This document shows positions 42,401-57,400 of a DNA stretch of 64,000 bases, piece by piece; position 1 is the stretch's first letter, and each line of letters begins with the position of its first letter. Under the pieces are notes generated by a model. The model did not search any database. It saw only the letters and a list, made by a program, of their open reading frames with translations, and was not told where the DNA came from. The position numbers and the translations under genes were made by a program. Source of the stretch: Phoronis australis. Taxonomy: Eukaryota; Animalia; Phoronida. The stretch lies in the NCBI GenBank assembly GCA_002633005.1, contig NMRA01000477.1, forward strand, positions 45,249 through 109,248, given 5' to 3'.

Positions 42401-45400
42401 ATTTACAAGGCATTAATCCTCTTTTCAGAAATGGTGCACTTTAGCAATAGGCCGATAGAACTAGAGCCCTGGCGCACTAAACACAGCCGCAAGCAGGGCT
42501 TCACATCAGGTCAAGAGCACATCATCCTTCACACATTTTAGCCGAGCCACTACAGAGCGGCCTCAGCCCCTAGCACCAGTTTTCAGGGGATTCTCTAGTG
42601 AACAAGGGCCTAGTAAATCTAATATTAAAATGGCAAGAGCAAATTGCATCACTGAGTCCTAAACAGCGTTCGTGTGTGAATTTTTAACAGACATCTGAAT
42701 TGAAAGGCAAGATCTACAGATGAGGGGTTCCAAAGGCATCCTATCAGCCGTCTTTAAGCATTTGTTAAGTTAATTAGCATATATGTTAATGGACAAAATA
42801 CTAATATCGTGGCCAATCAGTGTGACCACCATAAGCAAATACAGCCTGACCATTACAGCATTATTGAAATGTATCCTTCTCACGGTAAGAAGGTACATCA
42901 GTAGATTCCAAGGTGAACGTTATACGAAGGCTGATCAGACCTGCACGGGCATTCATCTGCCTTCCAAGTGAACCAGATACAAATGCTGAATCAATGGCAA
43001 TTTAATTCACTTCTTCAGTCAAAGTCTTGCACCTGAGTTGGAACATTTAATATTCAAATGGCATGCTTGCCAGCAGCATGCCATAAATGACATTCATTCC
43101 GTAACCATGGTAAAACCCACTCAGCTATACTTCTCATCAATAAAACCAAAAGGAGAATTCAGACTTTAATGAAACACAACATTCTCCTGCATAACCCGCA
43201 GTGTCACGTGACCTCGGCTGAAATTTCGATACCAGAGAAGCTGAGAGTGAGGACTGTGAAAGTATGAAAACATGGCTATAACCACACGTCCATCTCAAAT
43301 GCACTGAAACCTTTTCACAAGCCCCACTTTCATTCATTACCAGACAACAGATTTAAATTTGCATGGAAAGGTCAACACACCTTACCTACCAAGAGATCCC
43401 AAGAGCCCACAGCTTCAGGTTTTTGTCCACCCAAAGAGCAACGGTCATCCAATTAAAATAGGCAACGACTATCTGATGAGACGGCCTGAGGAGGTAAGGA
43501 CACTTGAAGGCTTAGTCCTATGTTTGAGGACTGCAATTACCCTAGGTAATGACTGTGAGATCAAACACGCTTTATGACGTGCAAGAAGTGATCAGAGCCT
43601 CTTCCTGGACTGGCGTCGACAATTAACGAGGAGTAAATCAAGTGACTGATAATAATTCCCAATCCTTTCATCTCATTATCCGGCCTTAATGAATTTATTG
43701 GATGCCGCTAGTCCAGCCTTTGTTTAAGCAAATCATTCGGCTATTTAGTCACCTGGATAATTTGTCAGCCTTTGTTTCTCAAGGCCCTGGACATTGACAC
43801 AATGCATCGGAGGCCCCTCGGCCTAAATTAGCGAGCAAACGCAAGAAGTGCAACTGAACACAGGTAACGCACAATATAGTCAACAACAGGCTCTCATCAG
43901 ACAGTTTTCACAGTTGGACAGACTGAATACTTCCAATATTAGCACCCACTTGCAATGAGCCTCTGTGCATTCAAAAACCAAACAAAAATATTTACGGAAT
44001 GCAGTCACCCAGATGCCCAACTCCCCAGCCAGACAGTGGCAAATCGATAAATGGGGACTAAATTGTTACAGGAGCCACCACTAGTCTTGCTCTTTATGCT
44101 AAGGCAGACATTCTCCAAAAAGTTTAAGATTAACAAATTGGTGGCAGACATAGATCACAAGGTCCCAATAGAGACCAGGGCTAGTCTCTGAGTTAGTGCG
44201 TCATTAGACCATCATTAAACCTCCATAATGCGCTAGTACCTCCTTGATAACCAGAAAGAGAGACTCTGTAATCACTACTGTTCCGAATGTTTCATGGTAT
44301 TTTCATCATGGTATTTCATCGTTGCTGTTTATTAAATAAACCTGAGCTACAAAATACTGTATTGGAAACACTATGAAAGTAGCAGATGGGGAGATGAATA
44401 ATTCAGAAAATGGCTAACTACACCACACTGGCAGCTATACTCGGTGGTGTTAAAACAAGCACTGGCCAAGAAATGATAACAGATATTCCAACAACATTTC
44501 TAGGTTTTTTCCCAGAGGACAAATCCCAACGTTCCTGTATGCTCCAAGGAGAAAACATACGCACAGCCTTCTCATGCAAACTAACTCTAGCTAGATATTA
44601 ACTGCGAAGTTACGGGAACTTAGAGACCCACTTTGATAATTAGCAAACACAAAAGGTAACACAGCTTCATGTGTAGGTCATGGAAATTATTGCAAGACGG
44701 TGCTCTTCTGAAAACATTTAGCAGACCTAGACATTTTTAAATTACACGAACGGTTCAGTCGGATAATAAATTATATGAAGTAGCTATGATCTTAGAACGT
44801 GAATATTGGCCAAAAATATCACAAAACTTCGATGAAATTGAAGGTTTACCGCTTGTGACACATTGAAGTGTTGGCTTGCCGTTTTTAAATCCACACGTTT
44901 ATTGCGAATTGGCAAACTTAACATTGATCCAGGAGCAAAATTAACTTTTCGTACCAACCGACACTCCCCGAAACACCAACGTGTCTACGTTAGTGTGGAA
45001 GGCCGTACGGACAAAGAAAATTCTATTCAACCAGTCAAAGTTTGCTTGAATGTACAACAGGCTATGTCACAGTTTGGTTACCTTTCCAAAACGTCAGAGT
45101 ATGAGTAAATAATCTCAACACTTACAAACCAAGTAACAAGTGGAGCCCCTGAACTATACTCACGGTAATGCCAAATAATTAACTGTATCAATACATATTA
45201 TTTGTTTTCAATACACAGCTATGTTCAATGGCATTTAGACTACAAGCCTACAGATGTGACACATAAATTTCACAACTATAAGAATCTGGCACCAAATTCA
45301 TCAATGTCACCACTCTATCAACACTACATCACAACTCCCTTTAACCTTGCTCCTAAGGCAACATGGACTTAACAGGAGTTTTCTAGCACAGTTTACTGTG

Positions 45401-48400
45401 GGGTGTGATTGTAAAACGTCTCGAGATATAAAGACATCTAGCCACATCTAGCAACATCTAGTGTGGAGTTCATTAAACTTCTTCCATAGCAGGGGAAGCT
45501 ATGCAACTCCACATATTAGTCCACCTATTTTGAAAGATGAAGCGATGGCCGTTTTGAGCCCGGATGTACGCTTTCGCACTTACCAAAACTCTGCAAGACA
45601 GTGGAGTTGCGGTGTTGGATGGAACGCGACACAAGAAGACACAAGCACACATTTATGGAACAACATGGAGCTCTGGAAACAGATTACATCTCTACAATAG
45701 CTACGAAGAAAAACTGGCGTTGCTGAACAAACCGAAACTCCCAAGATTGCGTGAGCTCACATTGAAGTAACAATACGACAAGATCTTTAGAACAAGAATA
45801 ATCTATTTGTACCCGTTGGTGATTACCACAACTCTGTAGGAGTGTGAAGTTATTCAACCATTCAAAACCAACGGACAACGTGAATCCAACATAATGGGAT
45901 GGGTTACAAGCACACGTTGCACCATCTCCTCACCACAAGTTTGCTAAATGGAGAAACGATTGAATTTAGATGTGCAAGAAGACTGATAACATAATTGAGC
46001 CGGTATTTCAGCCCGTTACCTCACGTCGTAGACAACATAAATCAAGGACGTTATATAGTGAAAATAGGGTCAATTAATAGCAAAATAATACAGATCTTGA
46101 CAAAACTTGTACAAATGTTTAGCCATGCATGTCCAACACAGCACAAAGTACTTAATAAACGATTTAAAAGAAAATAAAATTGTATTAGAGACCAACTTAT
46201 AAAACACAGTTTCAAAATATTAGCAATCTGAAATACTCGAAACGCGTAAGCAAGGTTAAATCATTCCTCTAACCAAGAAGACAGTCACAGCCACAGCGAT
46301 TTCAAACACATTCACAAGTAAATAAGTTTCCATTCCATCACTCAAAACATTGTTCCTGTTCTTCAACATAGAAACAATTCCTCTGCTAATATCCAATCTC
46401 CCAGACTTATTTACCAGCAAAACTTCATGAGGTACAAAAAAACGTGCTTGTTGTCACATCATGTGTTTGGTTTGCCTTGTTGGAGATGCCTCTCAATGAA
46501 ATCAACAAGGTCCACCATACAATCAGCAGCCTCTTAATCTGGATTACAGATCTCAGTGGATTGTATAGGTTTTATTCAGCCCCTGTGTACAAACATGAAT
46601 AGAGGAAAGAGTGGCCAGGGGGAAACTTCATCAAAACCCACAATTGAAGGCTTCTTTGTGGCCACAAGCATATGTGTGCTTTGGCATACACAGGGTTTTG
46701 TTCAGGACCAATGACACAGTTGACCAGTAGGGAAAATGGATTTTAAAAGCAGCACTCAACACTCCCTGACCAGCTTTCCAACACCCCTAACCACCAGTAA
46801 TATGCTCTGTGGTGCGGAAGAATACCCATGTAGCCTTAATAAACTGTCCAACTGAAAAGCAAGGCAACGCCTCACTGGTCATAAGACATTGGTTAGATAA
46901 TGTTTTTGCAGTTATTAACAAGATTTCATCCCCAACCCTTCACAAGACCCAATCATGGCAGTCCTGGCCTATTCAACACAAGGAGCCTTCAGAAATAGTT
47001 AATTACAGAAGCCCTGCATTTTGAGAACTAGTTCTCTTCACCGAATAACGAATAACGGGCATCAAACTGGGACACATTTCAGCCCTATTTCATGTTGTAG
47101 GGCCAAGTTTACATTCATAACGCTTTGGTAAAATGAATTTGATAACAAAATGACTGCATCAGTGAAAATTAACATTAATGATAACAATTCAAAATAACTT
47201 GCAAGAATTTGAATTTCAGCTCATTTAAAGTATTTTTGAAAGTCCAAAGATTCGAAAAAATTATACCTGTCTATGAAGAAACAGTTGAGGTGTCTGTAAA
47301 TATCTCACGCCTATGACTGCAAGGATATAAATTATAATGAGAAACAGTGGCCAATCAAAGCAGTATCAACACACATGGGAACTTACATGACAGAAGCCAG
47401 AGCCTTGTTTACCTAAACCTAAATGGTGGAAACCAATCCCCCCTTCACAGTTGTCTTTTACTGAGGCACATACTCCCAGAATACAAGATCAGGACTGGTC
47501 TTGTATTAGAAAAAAAAACAGTGCCACCTGATATTATTCAAATGTGAGCCCATGAAACCTCTGGAGTGAGGCATTTTTACATATTATTTGACTGGACCCA
47601 TTATATATTTTAAATCCATGAGCTTGCATGCCACATTTTACCCATTTTTGTCATAAACCAGCAAACTGAGGCTCTGTACAGGCACACATGTTCAGATCAT
47701 GTAGACCACTTCAGACTTAATGAAAGAACATGTCAGTCTACTCAAAATATGTTAGTGATTATGGTAATGTTTCCTCAAATTCAAACAAAAAGTAAATCTT
47801 CAAATTTTCCAAAGTTCACCGAGTTGTAAAAATGCTCCAAATTGTGCCTGTTGTCAACAGCTATACAAGGGACATTCTGCAAATAATGAAGTACGCTGTT
47901 CTTCGTGTTTACTATTGTTAAAATTTTTGAAAGAATAAAAATTCCCTGTCTACAGTTACTAGCAGATGACCAACAGGTCCAACTATTATGCCATTCAGTT
48001 CATGTAATACACACAGCAATAGAAGTTTGAGAGAAGAAACGATTTTATTGCCAAAAAGCCTCTTGACCGACATCCAAGCCCTAAGCAATGTATACGTGCA
48101 GTTTCGATGACTGTCAACCAGAAAATTCCGATTGAGTGATTGAAAACTCCAAAGCAAAATACAAAGCGATTATTTTTACCCACGGGTTGCCATTTTAACT
48201 CCAAGAAAATTGTTCTAAAGGAAGTTGATATGTAAAATGGAGAGACGAGAAGTTTCACAGTTTGACATTGTCTTTCCTCCATTAGAGTTGGCTCAACATA
48301 AAAACACCGGACACCTCACACTGAAGTATCGCTTCACGGCTTTTTACTCACTCGGCACGATATGATGAAAACTTAATCTTGGTAAATAGAAAAAAACAAC

Positions 48401-51400
48401 ACAAAATTTATCTCCATGGCAACTATTTCAATTGCATTCTCGCGTGACTACATCCTTGCCCTTCTACACGCACTTAGTAAAACCTGCTTTGACAAATCAC
48501 TTTTTAAAGTACGGCATGCCTCACCAACCCTGAGACACGATCAAGACTACATCAAAAATACATAAAACGAGAGGAACAATCCCATTGAAGAGGAGGGGTA
48601 AAAATGCACGTGATTTATACTGCCACATTTCCGGACGGATTATTAATGACTAGACGACACGACTCGACGACAAATGACATGCAGTGATGACGTCATAACT
48701 TTGAATAGTACGGGGTCAAGTCAGGCAAATTACAGGTACAAAAGAAGAACAGAGGTATACGGTAAACTCCCACCAATTTGGGCACAATATGGCTGACAGG
48801 TGAATTTGTATTTTCTCATCTTTTCATAAATGGCGTAAAGCACAAGAATGGTGCTCTGCCATAGCCGGATTATTTACAATAGCTGATAACTACAGCCATT
48901 CAAAGCAATGTTAGAAGTACTTGAATATTAAAAAGCACAATTTTTGCAATTTCTTTTGTCTGAAATTGGTGAGATTTTACCGCAATAAGACATTTCTGAG
49001 TATATACCTAATGAGAACATTAAAGAAACTGTACAATAAAGAACTTAACAATTCAAATGACTACTTTTCAAATTGTAGCTTCAGTCTGACAACAGCATAG
49101 GGAAGGACAATTCAGACAGCCTCTCATGGAATTCATTTAAAATGTTGCCATGAACAACCACAACAACTGCATGTCAGTGCTGCCATAATAGTCGGCAGGG
49201 CTTGAAAGAGGGTTTTTTTACGGGAATGTACAGGCTGTGGTCATATCAAGAAAAACCACAGACCGCAGCAAATCTAATCAGGGTAAACTGTGAGCAAGAA
49301 ATATTTATAGATATCAGTTGTCAACTGTGCCAGAACATACAAAGTATTTCTCAAACTGAAACTCCCAAGAACATAACCATTGAATCCACGGTATGATGGT
49401 GGAAATGTGATTCTCAAACAAAACATCAACATAAATCATTGTAAATGATAGTCACATTCATACTGAAACCCCCCCCCCACAGATGTTTATCTCAAAGCCA
49501 GTCATTCAAAGAAAACAAAACTTTTCGACATTAAATTCATCAATGTTTATGGGAAAATTTCATAACCCTCCTAGGGTCAGTGACGGCCAGGAACTCCTTG
49601 AACAGCGTCCCACCAATCAGAAAACACAGCCAGCAATTGCACTTACTGGAAAAAAAACCAAGCCAAACATCGCAACCATTTGATTCAGACAATGGCTTAC
49701 AGGCGGAACAATGCCAACAGTTCCAGATGGAAGATGGCTAAAGAATGACAAAGATGGCCACCCTTGCATAAACAGTTTACCTAAGATCTGTTCAGTAATG
49801 GCTGTAGATTGACCACAACAGCAACATTAGTTCCAGGAGAATCACTGCAGCAACACACTCCATCAGGCCCTTCTATTGTCGCCATCACTAAATCTGTGGA
49901 GAGTGCAGCCAATACACTCGGTGTACCATATTCAGGAGAAGATAGAACAGCTACATCATTTTCACAGCATACAGTGTCTGCTCCCAGCAGTCCTAAGCTA
50001 AGCAGAAAGCCTTACCAGACAGATGCCTTCTGCAGGCTTGATTAGCTGGGCGCTTCCACCCATCTGTCCACTGATTGGCTACACTATCTCAACTGGCTCT
50101 TGAATTACAAAGGCAAACCACGGGACACTGACCAAGATTGTCAAAGCTGAGTGAGAGTGCTGAGTGAACCAGTAGTGGACAGTCAAGAGGGTGTTGCTTA
50201 AGTTCCAACAACAAGGTTCCCTTCTTGAATGAGAAGCTTTTGAAATTGCAGTCTAAGTGTTGTAAACAGTCAGTGAGACAGTCATGACCGACTTAAGATC
50301 ATTGAACAACTGTCTTCACCAGCCAGTGCCAGTGCTCCAAAAAGTCAAAACGAAAGAGGGACATAAGGAACTTCAGTGATAAACAACTTAGAAGCCACAA
50401 CTGAACACACGGATTTCCATAAACCGTCATAAACAATGAATTATGAACATAATCTTGTCTGAGCTGCTTCCACCACTGCGACTGCATTCTATGGAATGAG
50501 GACACAGACCATCCAATCCACTGTAAACAATACTATTTCTTCAAATTTGAACAAAAATTTGTAGCCAAAAACACCATGTCGCGCTTTACAAAACTAGTTC
50601 AGAGCTAGAACATTTTCACTACATGCCGCTTTGATGACGGCTGAGCAGCGTAAAATGTGCACTGGAAATAAAGTGAACGTTGCATTCTGATTTTTTGTCG
50701 ACTAGGAATTCATCGAAACAAAATTTCTTTTCCAGCATCTATATTCTCTCAGAATGAGATATTTTGCCAGAAAATTTCACCAATCATGGACACAAAGAAT
50801 TGCTTAGAAACCCTTCTTCATTTTTCAACGACATCAAACAATGCTGTGAATGTGTCCAATTTTGTTGATGAACGAAATTAGAAAATCAAAACATCTCGTA
50901 TTATGCCTGCCATTCTGTGTCCTAAAATAAGAGAGATTAAGAGATTAACCATGGACAAATTCTCTAACCATTAAACATTGTGTCAATGTGAGGTAAGTTT
51001 GTCAAACAAACAAGTGACTGATGTCTAATTAGATAACCATAAACAAACCACTTATACAAACAAAATGTTACAGTGATGGTGGTCCACATAAAATGCAGAG
51101 AAAATGTCGTAAAAAGACGTAAAAAGATGACGTTTCTTCTATAGATGCCATACGTTGATTGAAATTTTAAGCTGAAATCAAAAGAGAGTTACGGAAAATC
51201 AGAACTTGAGCTCCACATGTCTCTAATGGCTTATGGGAACTACAGGCGATGGTCTTTTTACTTTCTGTTGGTCACCTAAGAAGCCATTAAAACAGCCATA
51301 TCTCATGATGTGACAGCAAAGGGAGGTTTTTTTCAGTCAAGTGGTGCTACTAGACAATGCCTTTGTGATGAAAAATCCACATGAAAACATACAAGACCTT

Positions 51401-54400
51401 TGTACAAGGATCAAGTGTAGTAGAGAAGAGTGCTCTCTCAATACGCCAGACATATTATCAGAGTAGCGCCCGCCCGTTACCACTTCAGCCCATTACTATA
51501 ACAGCTACGAGAAACTAAAATTAGAAAAGTCACGTCCCATCTCGGTGATTTTTCCTCTTAACACTACATTTTAGCGCCAAGAAAAACTGGCAAAAACAAT
51601 ACAAGTTTCTATCTGGCTAGGACTGTAGACTATGCCAATAGTCTTATCAAAAGAGTTTCCATCTTAAAAACCACTTAAGCCTGCTTGCCAATACAATCTG
51701 GCACATGGGTCTACTCAGTTGCCGTGACTACGGATATGTATCACCATGGCAACTCTGACATTTATTGTGATAGCCAACCAGTCAGATCAAAGGTTAAAAT
51801 ATCTTATCCAGCAAAAACAATAACTCTAGATTAGCCCAACAAACTGTTCAACTGGCCAACGGAAAGAACAACAGTGAAAAATTCCTACTCCATATGTGAA
51901 CCATTCCGTCCAACTCCTGGCTTTCTAGGAACACTGGTGATGGATACTGGCAAATGTTAGATATCAAGACAAACTAATTAAATTCAATAGGGAAATGTTG
52001 CTTTAACAGGAATTTGACACATCCAGCAGTAAGCAGACAGTTTCCACTTTCCCCACAAATTTGCCACAAGCCTTAGGCAAAGATGAGACATAGGGGGTAC
52101 TGAGAGTGGCAAATTCCTTATTTCTGATATTGCAGTTATTGACCACACCATAACAGACTCTGATCAAGAAAGAATAAGCAGACAGTATCTAAAGGAATCT
52201 GATATGAGAAATTATTTCAAAACCAGCGAGAGCACCCCAACTGGGTCAAACACTATGGAACTTGGAGTAATTCTTTAACTATACAGTACAGAACTTGGCT
52301 GACAAGTGAAATTCTTTTTGTCAAATTTCTCCACACAGAAATGACGGTTAACAAGATTTCAGTCTATCATCCCTGTATTATTCTAAACAGATGTCGTAGA
52401 ACAACTATTGGTAAATTTTCCATTATTTGAAGTAAAGCAACGAGTTGTTGCAAAATGGAGACATGACAAATTTCGCAACAATTTTTATGCAAAACAAGTG
52501 GAGAATTAATGTGAGTGATCATGGCACTTTTGAGGTGAAAATGAAAAAACTGCACGCCACACGAAATCACCGATGTTTCGAGTAAGCGCCGAGTAAATGA
52601 CTCGTCGTCTTTAACCACAGCTGCAACCTGACGTTTTAAGAAATTATGGCCATTCACAATAACTTGATTAGAAGCACTTTGTGAAAAACAAAAAAGAGCA
52701 ATTTTGACAATCGTTAACATGTAAACGTTCCGTCGGACAATAACGTAAGTTTTGCTGAGCCAAGTCAGGGAGGGAGCATGTTGAAATCATGAGCAGCATT
52801 GTACAAGACACAGGACTTACCTGTCATGGTAAAAATTCAAAACTGGCTTACACTGAAACACTTCAAACAAAGAATTGAAATAAAAAAGAAACACAGCGTC
52901 CAGATCTGACTTGAGCCCGATTCTTTGACTAGTGGCAGACAGGTTCTGCTCAGGGCAGTGCAGTTGACACAGTGTCCATCATTCTTGCATAGTGCCCTTG
53001 CCTATAGTTTTCAGTCTTGTCAAAGTATAACATAATTACAGAGTGCAATTCAACTCCCCTGTTTAACCTCCTCTCTCAGCAAATCCTAGACAATGGTCAG
53101 ATACATGTGACAGTGAGTTAATAGTTGTCCTGGACACTTCATACTACAGAAGAGATATAATGAGGCGAGAGAAATTATACCAAACCAACTTGGACACTTA
53201 CTATTCACCGCATAATAACAGACATTAGAGGCATTGTGGAACTTAAAATAGCCGATCTTAGTTCACTATTCTGATATTATAATTAGGGATCTGGCGATAC
53301 ACAACAATGGCATCCAATGGATAGATCAGGATGTGATTTGAAGACGTATCACAATATGGCGAATAAAACTAGACACTTCAGTTGTGGGAATAGCAAAATG
53401 AAACAGCAGGGATCAGTTCACAGTCAAAAGACAAACAGCAATAGAAGATGGTGGGTTTTAGTAAGCCAGTGAATTACCATTTGTGCCACATTGTACCGAG
53501 GTAACCGACCAATCTGGTTTCTGGGCGAACAGACATTCACGAATTCCAAAGGAGTTTGTAAGAGTCTTATGAGAACAACATAAAAGCTCAGTGAAAGGGT
53601 TAGAAAACAAGATTAACAGACGAAATCACACACTCATCGCCCATCCATCGTATCTTTTGAAGGGAACCTTAACAGACTGGCCCTCTTGGCTAAATCCAGG
53701 TGACCAAAGTTTATCTGCATTCAAACAACAAAATTCATCAATAAAATCACGACTGCAAGGAAAAATGCTAACAAAATTCACTGTTGAATGATGGAATTAC
53801 CAAGGTACATTTTCAAAAAAGTTGGCAAATTTCATTAAAAGTCATTTGCATTCATGAAAGATGTAGCCTAAATAATAAAGGAAATCTGAAGAAAACTAAC
53901 AAATAGATAACTGAAACAGTGCTCAGCACACACTTCCAACAAGTGGGGTGCAGCGCACCCGCAGTACACAGTTTTGGAGTCCATTTTAATTTCTTTGGGT
54001 CCGCGAAATTAATCAAAATCATTACACTAGCATAAAATCCTGCACAACACACGGCAAAATGGGTCGAATATGAAGGCACTTCTTAAAATGTAAAATACGG
54101 GAAGACAACCAAAAATGAAATTGATGGTGCTGTATTTTCTTAATGTTTTATTTCTTTCAATTTTTCAAAACTGTTTTAAAGATGACGAACTAGTAATCTC
54201 AATGCGTCATTTTTGGCTTAACTGCATCTACTGAAGCAAAATAACAGCAAAGAGCGAATCTTGCACAAAAATCAGCCCCTGATGTTTGCTCCATAAGATT
54301 CCCATGTTTTGAAAATTTCTGTACTTCCCTTACAATAAATAAATCTAATTTCACAACATGTCATGTGCTAAATTAAACAAAAAATGTACGGGGTGTACTG

Positions 54401-57400
54401 ACACATGGACCAGGCCGTCCAAACTCATGTAACCTTCCCAAATAATTTACCATACCAACAAATTTCCCTGAACAACTGCTATATAAATCATACAAAATAA
54501 ACAACCAATAAATGCCAGATAAATGCCATTTTTAATGATAACCCTTGTGTTTTGGCGAAGCAATGCTGTGCAAAAATCAAGTTCCCACATAAAAAAGGAG
54601 AACTTTAACCAAAGGTGATAACCTGGTGAGAACGACATTATTCTGGCAACTTAGACAAGACACCAGTAATGCTTACCAAAACCTTCCAGACTTTAGATAT
54701 GGGTTTGACACCTGTGATTCGGAGCCAACAGAGAACCATAGGCAGCTAGAGGAAATGTAAATTTGTACAAATGTGATTTTGGTCCGGATTGAAAACGGTG
54801 GCTGTGTGTTTGTGGAACTACATTAAACATTAATGTCACTTTGTATTGCAGGATCTTAGAAAGCGTTGCAACGATTAGAAATTACAAAACGCAATACGTG
54901 TTGTCAGTCAGAATCCCAGCTACCACCTGCACATATAAATGTTGAATTCTGGATGGCATCCAATACTCCGTTTCACACGAGTGTCTAAAACAGTAGCAGT
55001 TACACTGGCTAAAACCCTAGCGAAAACCGTTGCATTTCAGCCACAGATGAGCTGTCCATGACAAGATATTTTCCTTACCTCATAATTTAGGTGCTAGTGA
55101 AATTATCAGCACCTTTAGCGTGACCAAAACCACCAGCAAAGCACCAGTAAAGGTGACATTTCTACCCGTTAACAACAGGAGTGCCATTTTGCTGCTAGCA
55201 GATGTGATAGCGAAAATGCTAACGTTTTAGACAGTTAGAAAAAGGGATACAAGAATTTGATGAAAGACAAACTGTAAGCTAACGGACAAAGAATCACGCT
55301 GGACAAATAAGCCACCTACAAGACCATCATTCCAAATGAAACGCAGTCTGAAAACAGCTTAAAACTATCCAACTTCAACCCTGTAAGCCACTTGAAGCAA
55401 GAGGATACACACAAACAGTTTAGAGGGTGATTTTTCAAATAATCCAACGCCAAATCTGTTTACCATGCATTGGGTGAACATAAAAACTTATCAGTTCAAC
55501 TCCTCACAGGCATTTAGCCAGTCTGGGCTGGGGAAATTAGCGATATAAAAATTTTACAACCATCACTGATCCAATGTGAAAGCATTTCAGTCATTCGAGA
55601 CGTTTATTTACGCTAAGGTCAAGTAGGCAATTTGGCTTCAGCCATGGAGTGACAGCCCAGGTATTGCAACTTGAGAATCCATCAATTAAGTAGTGTTTTC
55701 AACTCTTACCTTTGTGTTCAAACAAACGGCTGTTTTGGGCAGAATGCCTGTAAATAATCCAAAAACAAGACAGAACCACCAGTAGTCTATTCCTTCAAGG
55801 CGTCTCCGAAAATAGAGGGAAAAGAATGTTTTTAAGAGAATGTTACAATTCAAGAATCCTTCCAACAAACACGAAGCTCTCAAACTGTGGAGTGCAGACA
55901 CAAACCATCAGGCAGGCTTGAGTAAGTGGGCGGAACCATCTGGCGCTAATCAAACACGATTGACAGGCCAGTTGTCAACCGGATTGGTTCAAGACTGAAA
56001 CCTGTGTAACCAGAGAATCCTGTAAGACTTGAAAGCACAGGAATGTTTCTACTTGATTGACAGGAACAGAGAGTCATTACAGCAAGAGTCCAATTCACAA
56101 AAACACAAGGCTACAGGCAGTTGCCGCTGGGCCATATTAACAAGGAAAAAATTTTTCCAATCAGTTCTGTGCTGCAGCCCTTGGGCGGCTGTCATAGCAC
56201 AACAAAAGGGAGCTTTGATCATGACTAGTGAAGATTTGATGAACACCAAGCATACAAGTCCTCCTCAAAGCGTGAAAATGTGAGACGAGCTCACCTCTGG
56301 AAATTAAAAATCCACACAATCCCTTCATGTGATAACCACAGTGCAGCATACACGTTTTTCAAAATCCATGGCAACTCAAAAGGATAAAAATCACCATCAC
56401 CATAGCTGCAATTACATACCATCACAAAGATTCCTCGGCAAAAAGTCAAATATCCGCTCACACGAAGCTTTTACAATCCAAATGTAAATTTATGATAAAA
56501 AGATGCAGGCATAAGAGACTGTCTGCCTGTTGTTTGAAATGTTAGTTAATTCATTTCCATATTAATAACAAACTTCACAGACCAACGGAAACTATTGCCT
56601 TTTATCATTACATTCTAAAACTAAGTTACTCCGACAAGAACTACTTCGTATTTCAGAGTGGTGTATCGAACAATATGGATAAATCTTGCCAATTTCGGAC
56701 AAAAATAATGACAATATTAGAAAGTGAGTGTTAAAAGAAGACTAGATCATGCTATTGATTTATTGGTAGATGCCATATTTCGTATGTAAGAGTCAAATAA
56801 GACACAGCAGGATAAAAAAAATATTTTAGTGCCCACATACTGCAAGGTGTCATGCAAACAGACTGTTCCACAGTGAAACGTGCATGTATTACCTAAAAAA
56901 ATTGCCAGCATCAAAAGAATACACTTTTCTAATGAACCTGGAAACATTCGCTACTTTGCTAGACTTTTTCATTTTCGTTTTAACTAAGCAAAATTTATGT
57001 TCAAGCTATTGTACCCTAGCTACCATTCAACAATGTTTTGAACAATAGAGGGCATTCACAACTACGTTAGAAGGCATTGAAAAGTAAAAAAATGGCGCAA
57101 GTCTTCGCAAGAAACCGATCAGCGCATTCTGACAGGGATGCAGAGGCCTGTTTTGATAACAATGAGCAGAAATAGTAGTACGAAATGGATGAAAGTTACG
57201 AGGAAACACAGCAACCATGCTTGAAACAAAACACTACCAATATAGGCATGGAAATGATTATGATCCGGGGGAGGGGATTCAAGTCAGTCCTTTAATCTGG
57301 ATGTCATTTCCAACGAAAGAATAACAATGTTTCTTTTTTTACAAGTAGACACATGTTAGAAACAACCAACTCTGCAAAAACCTCCAGTTTTGATTGGCAG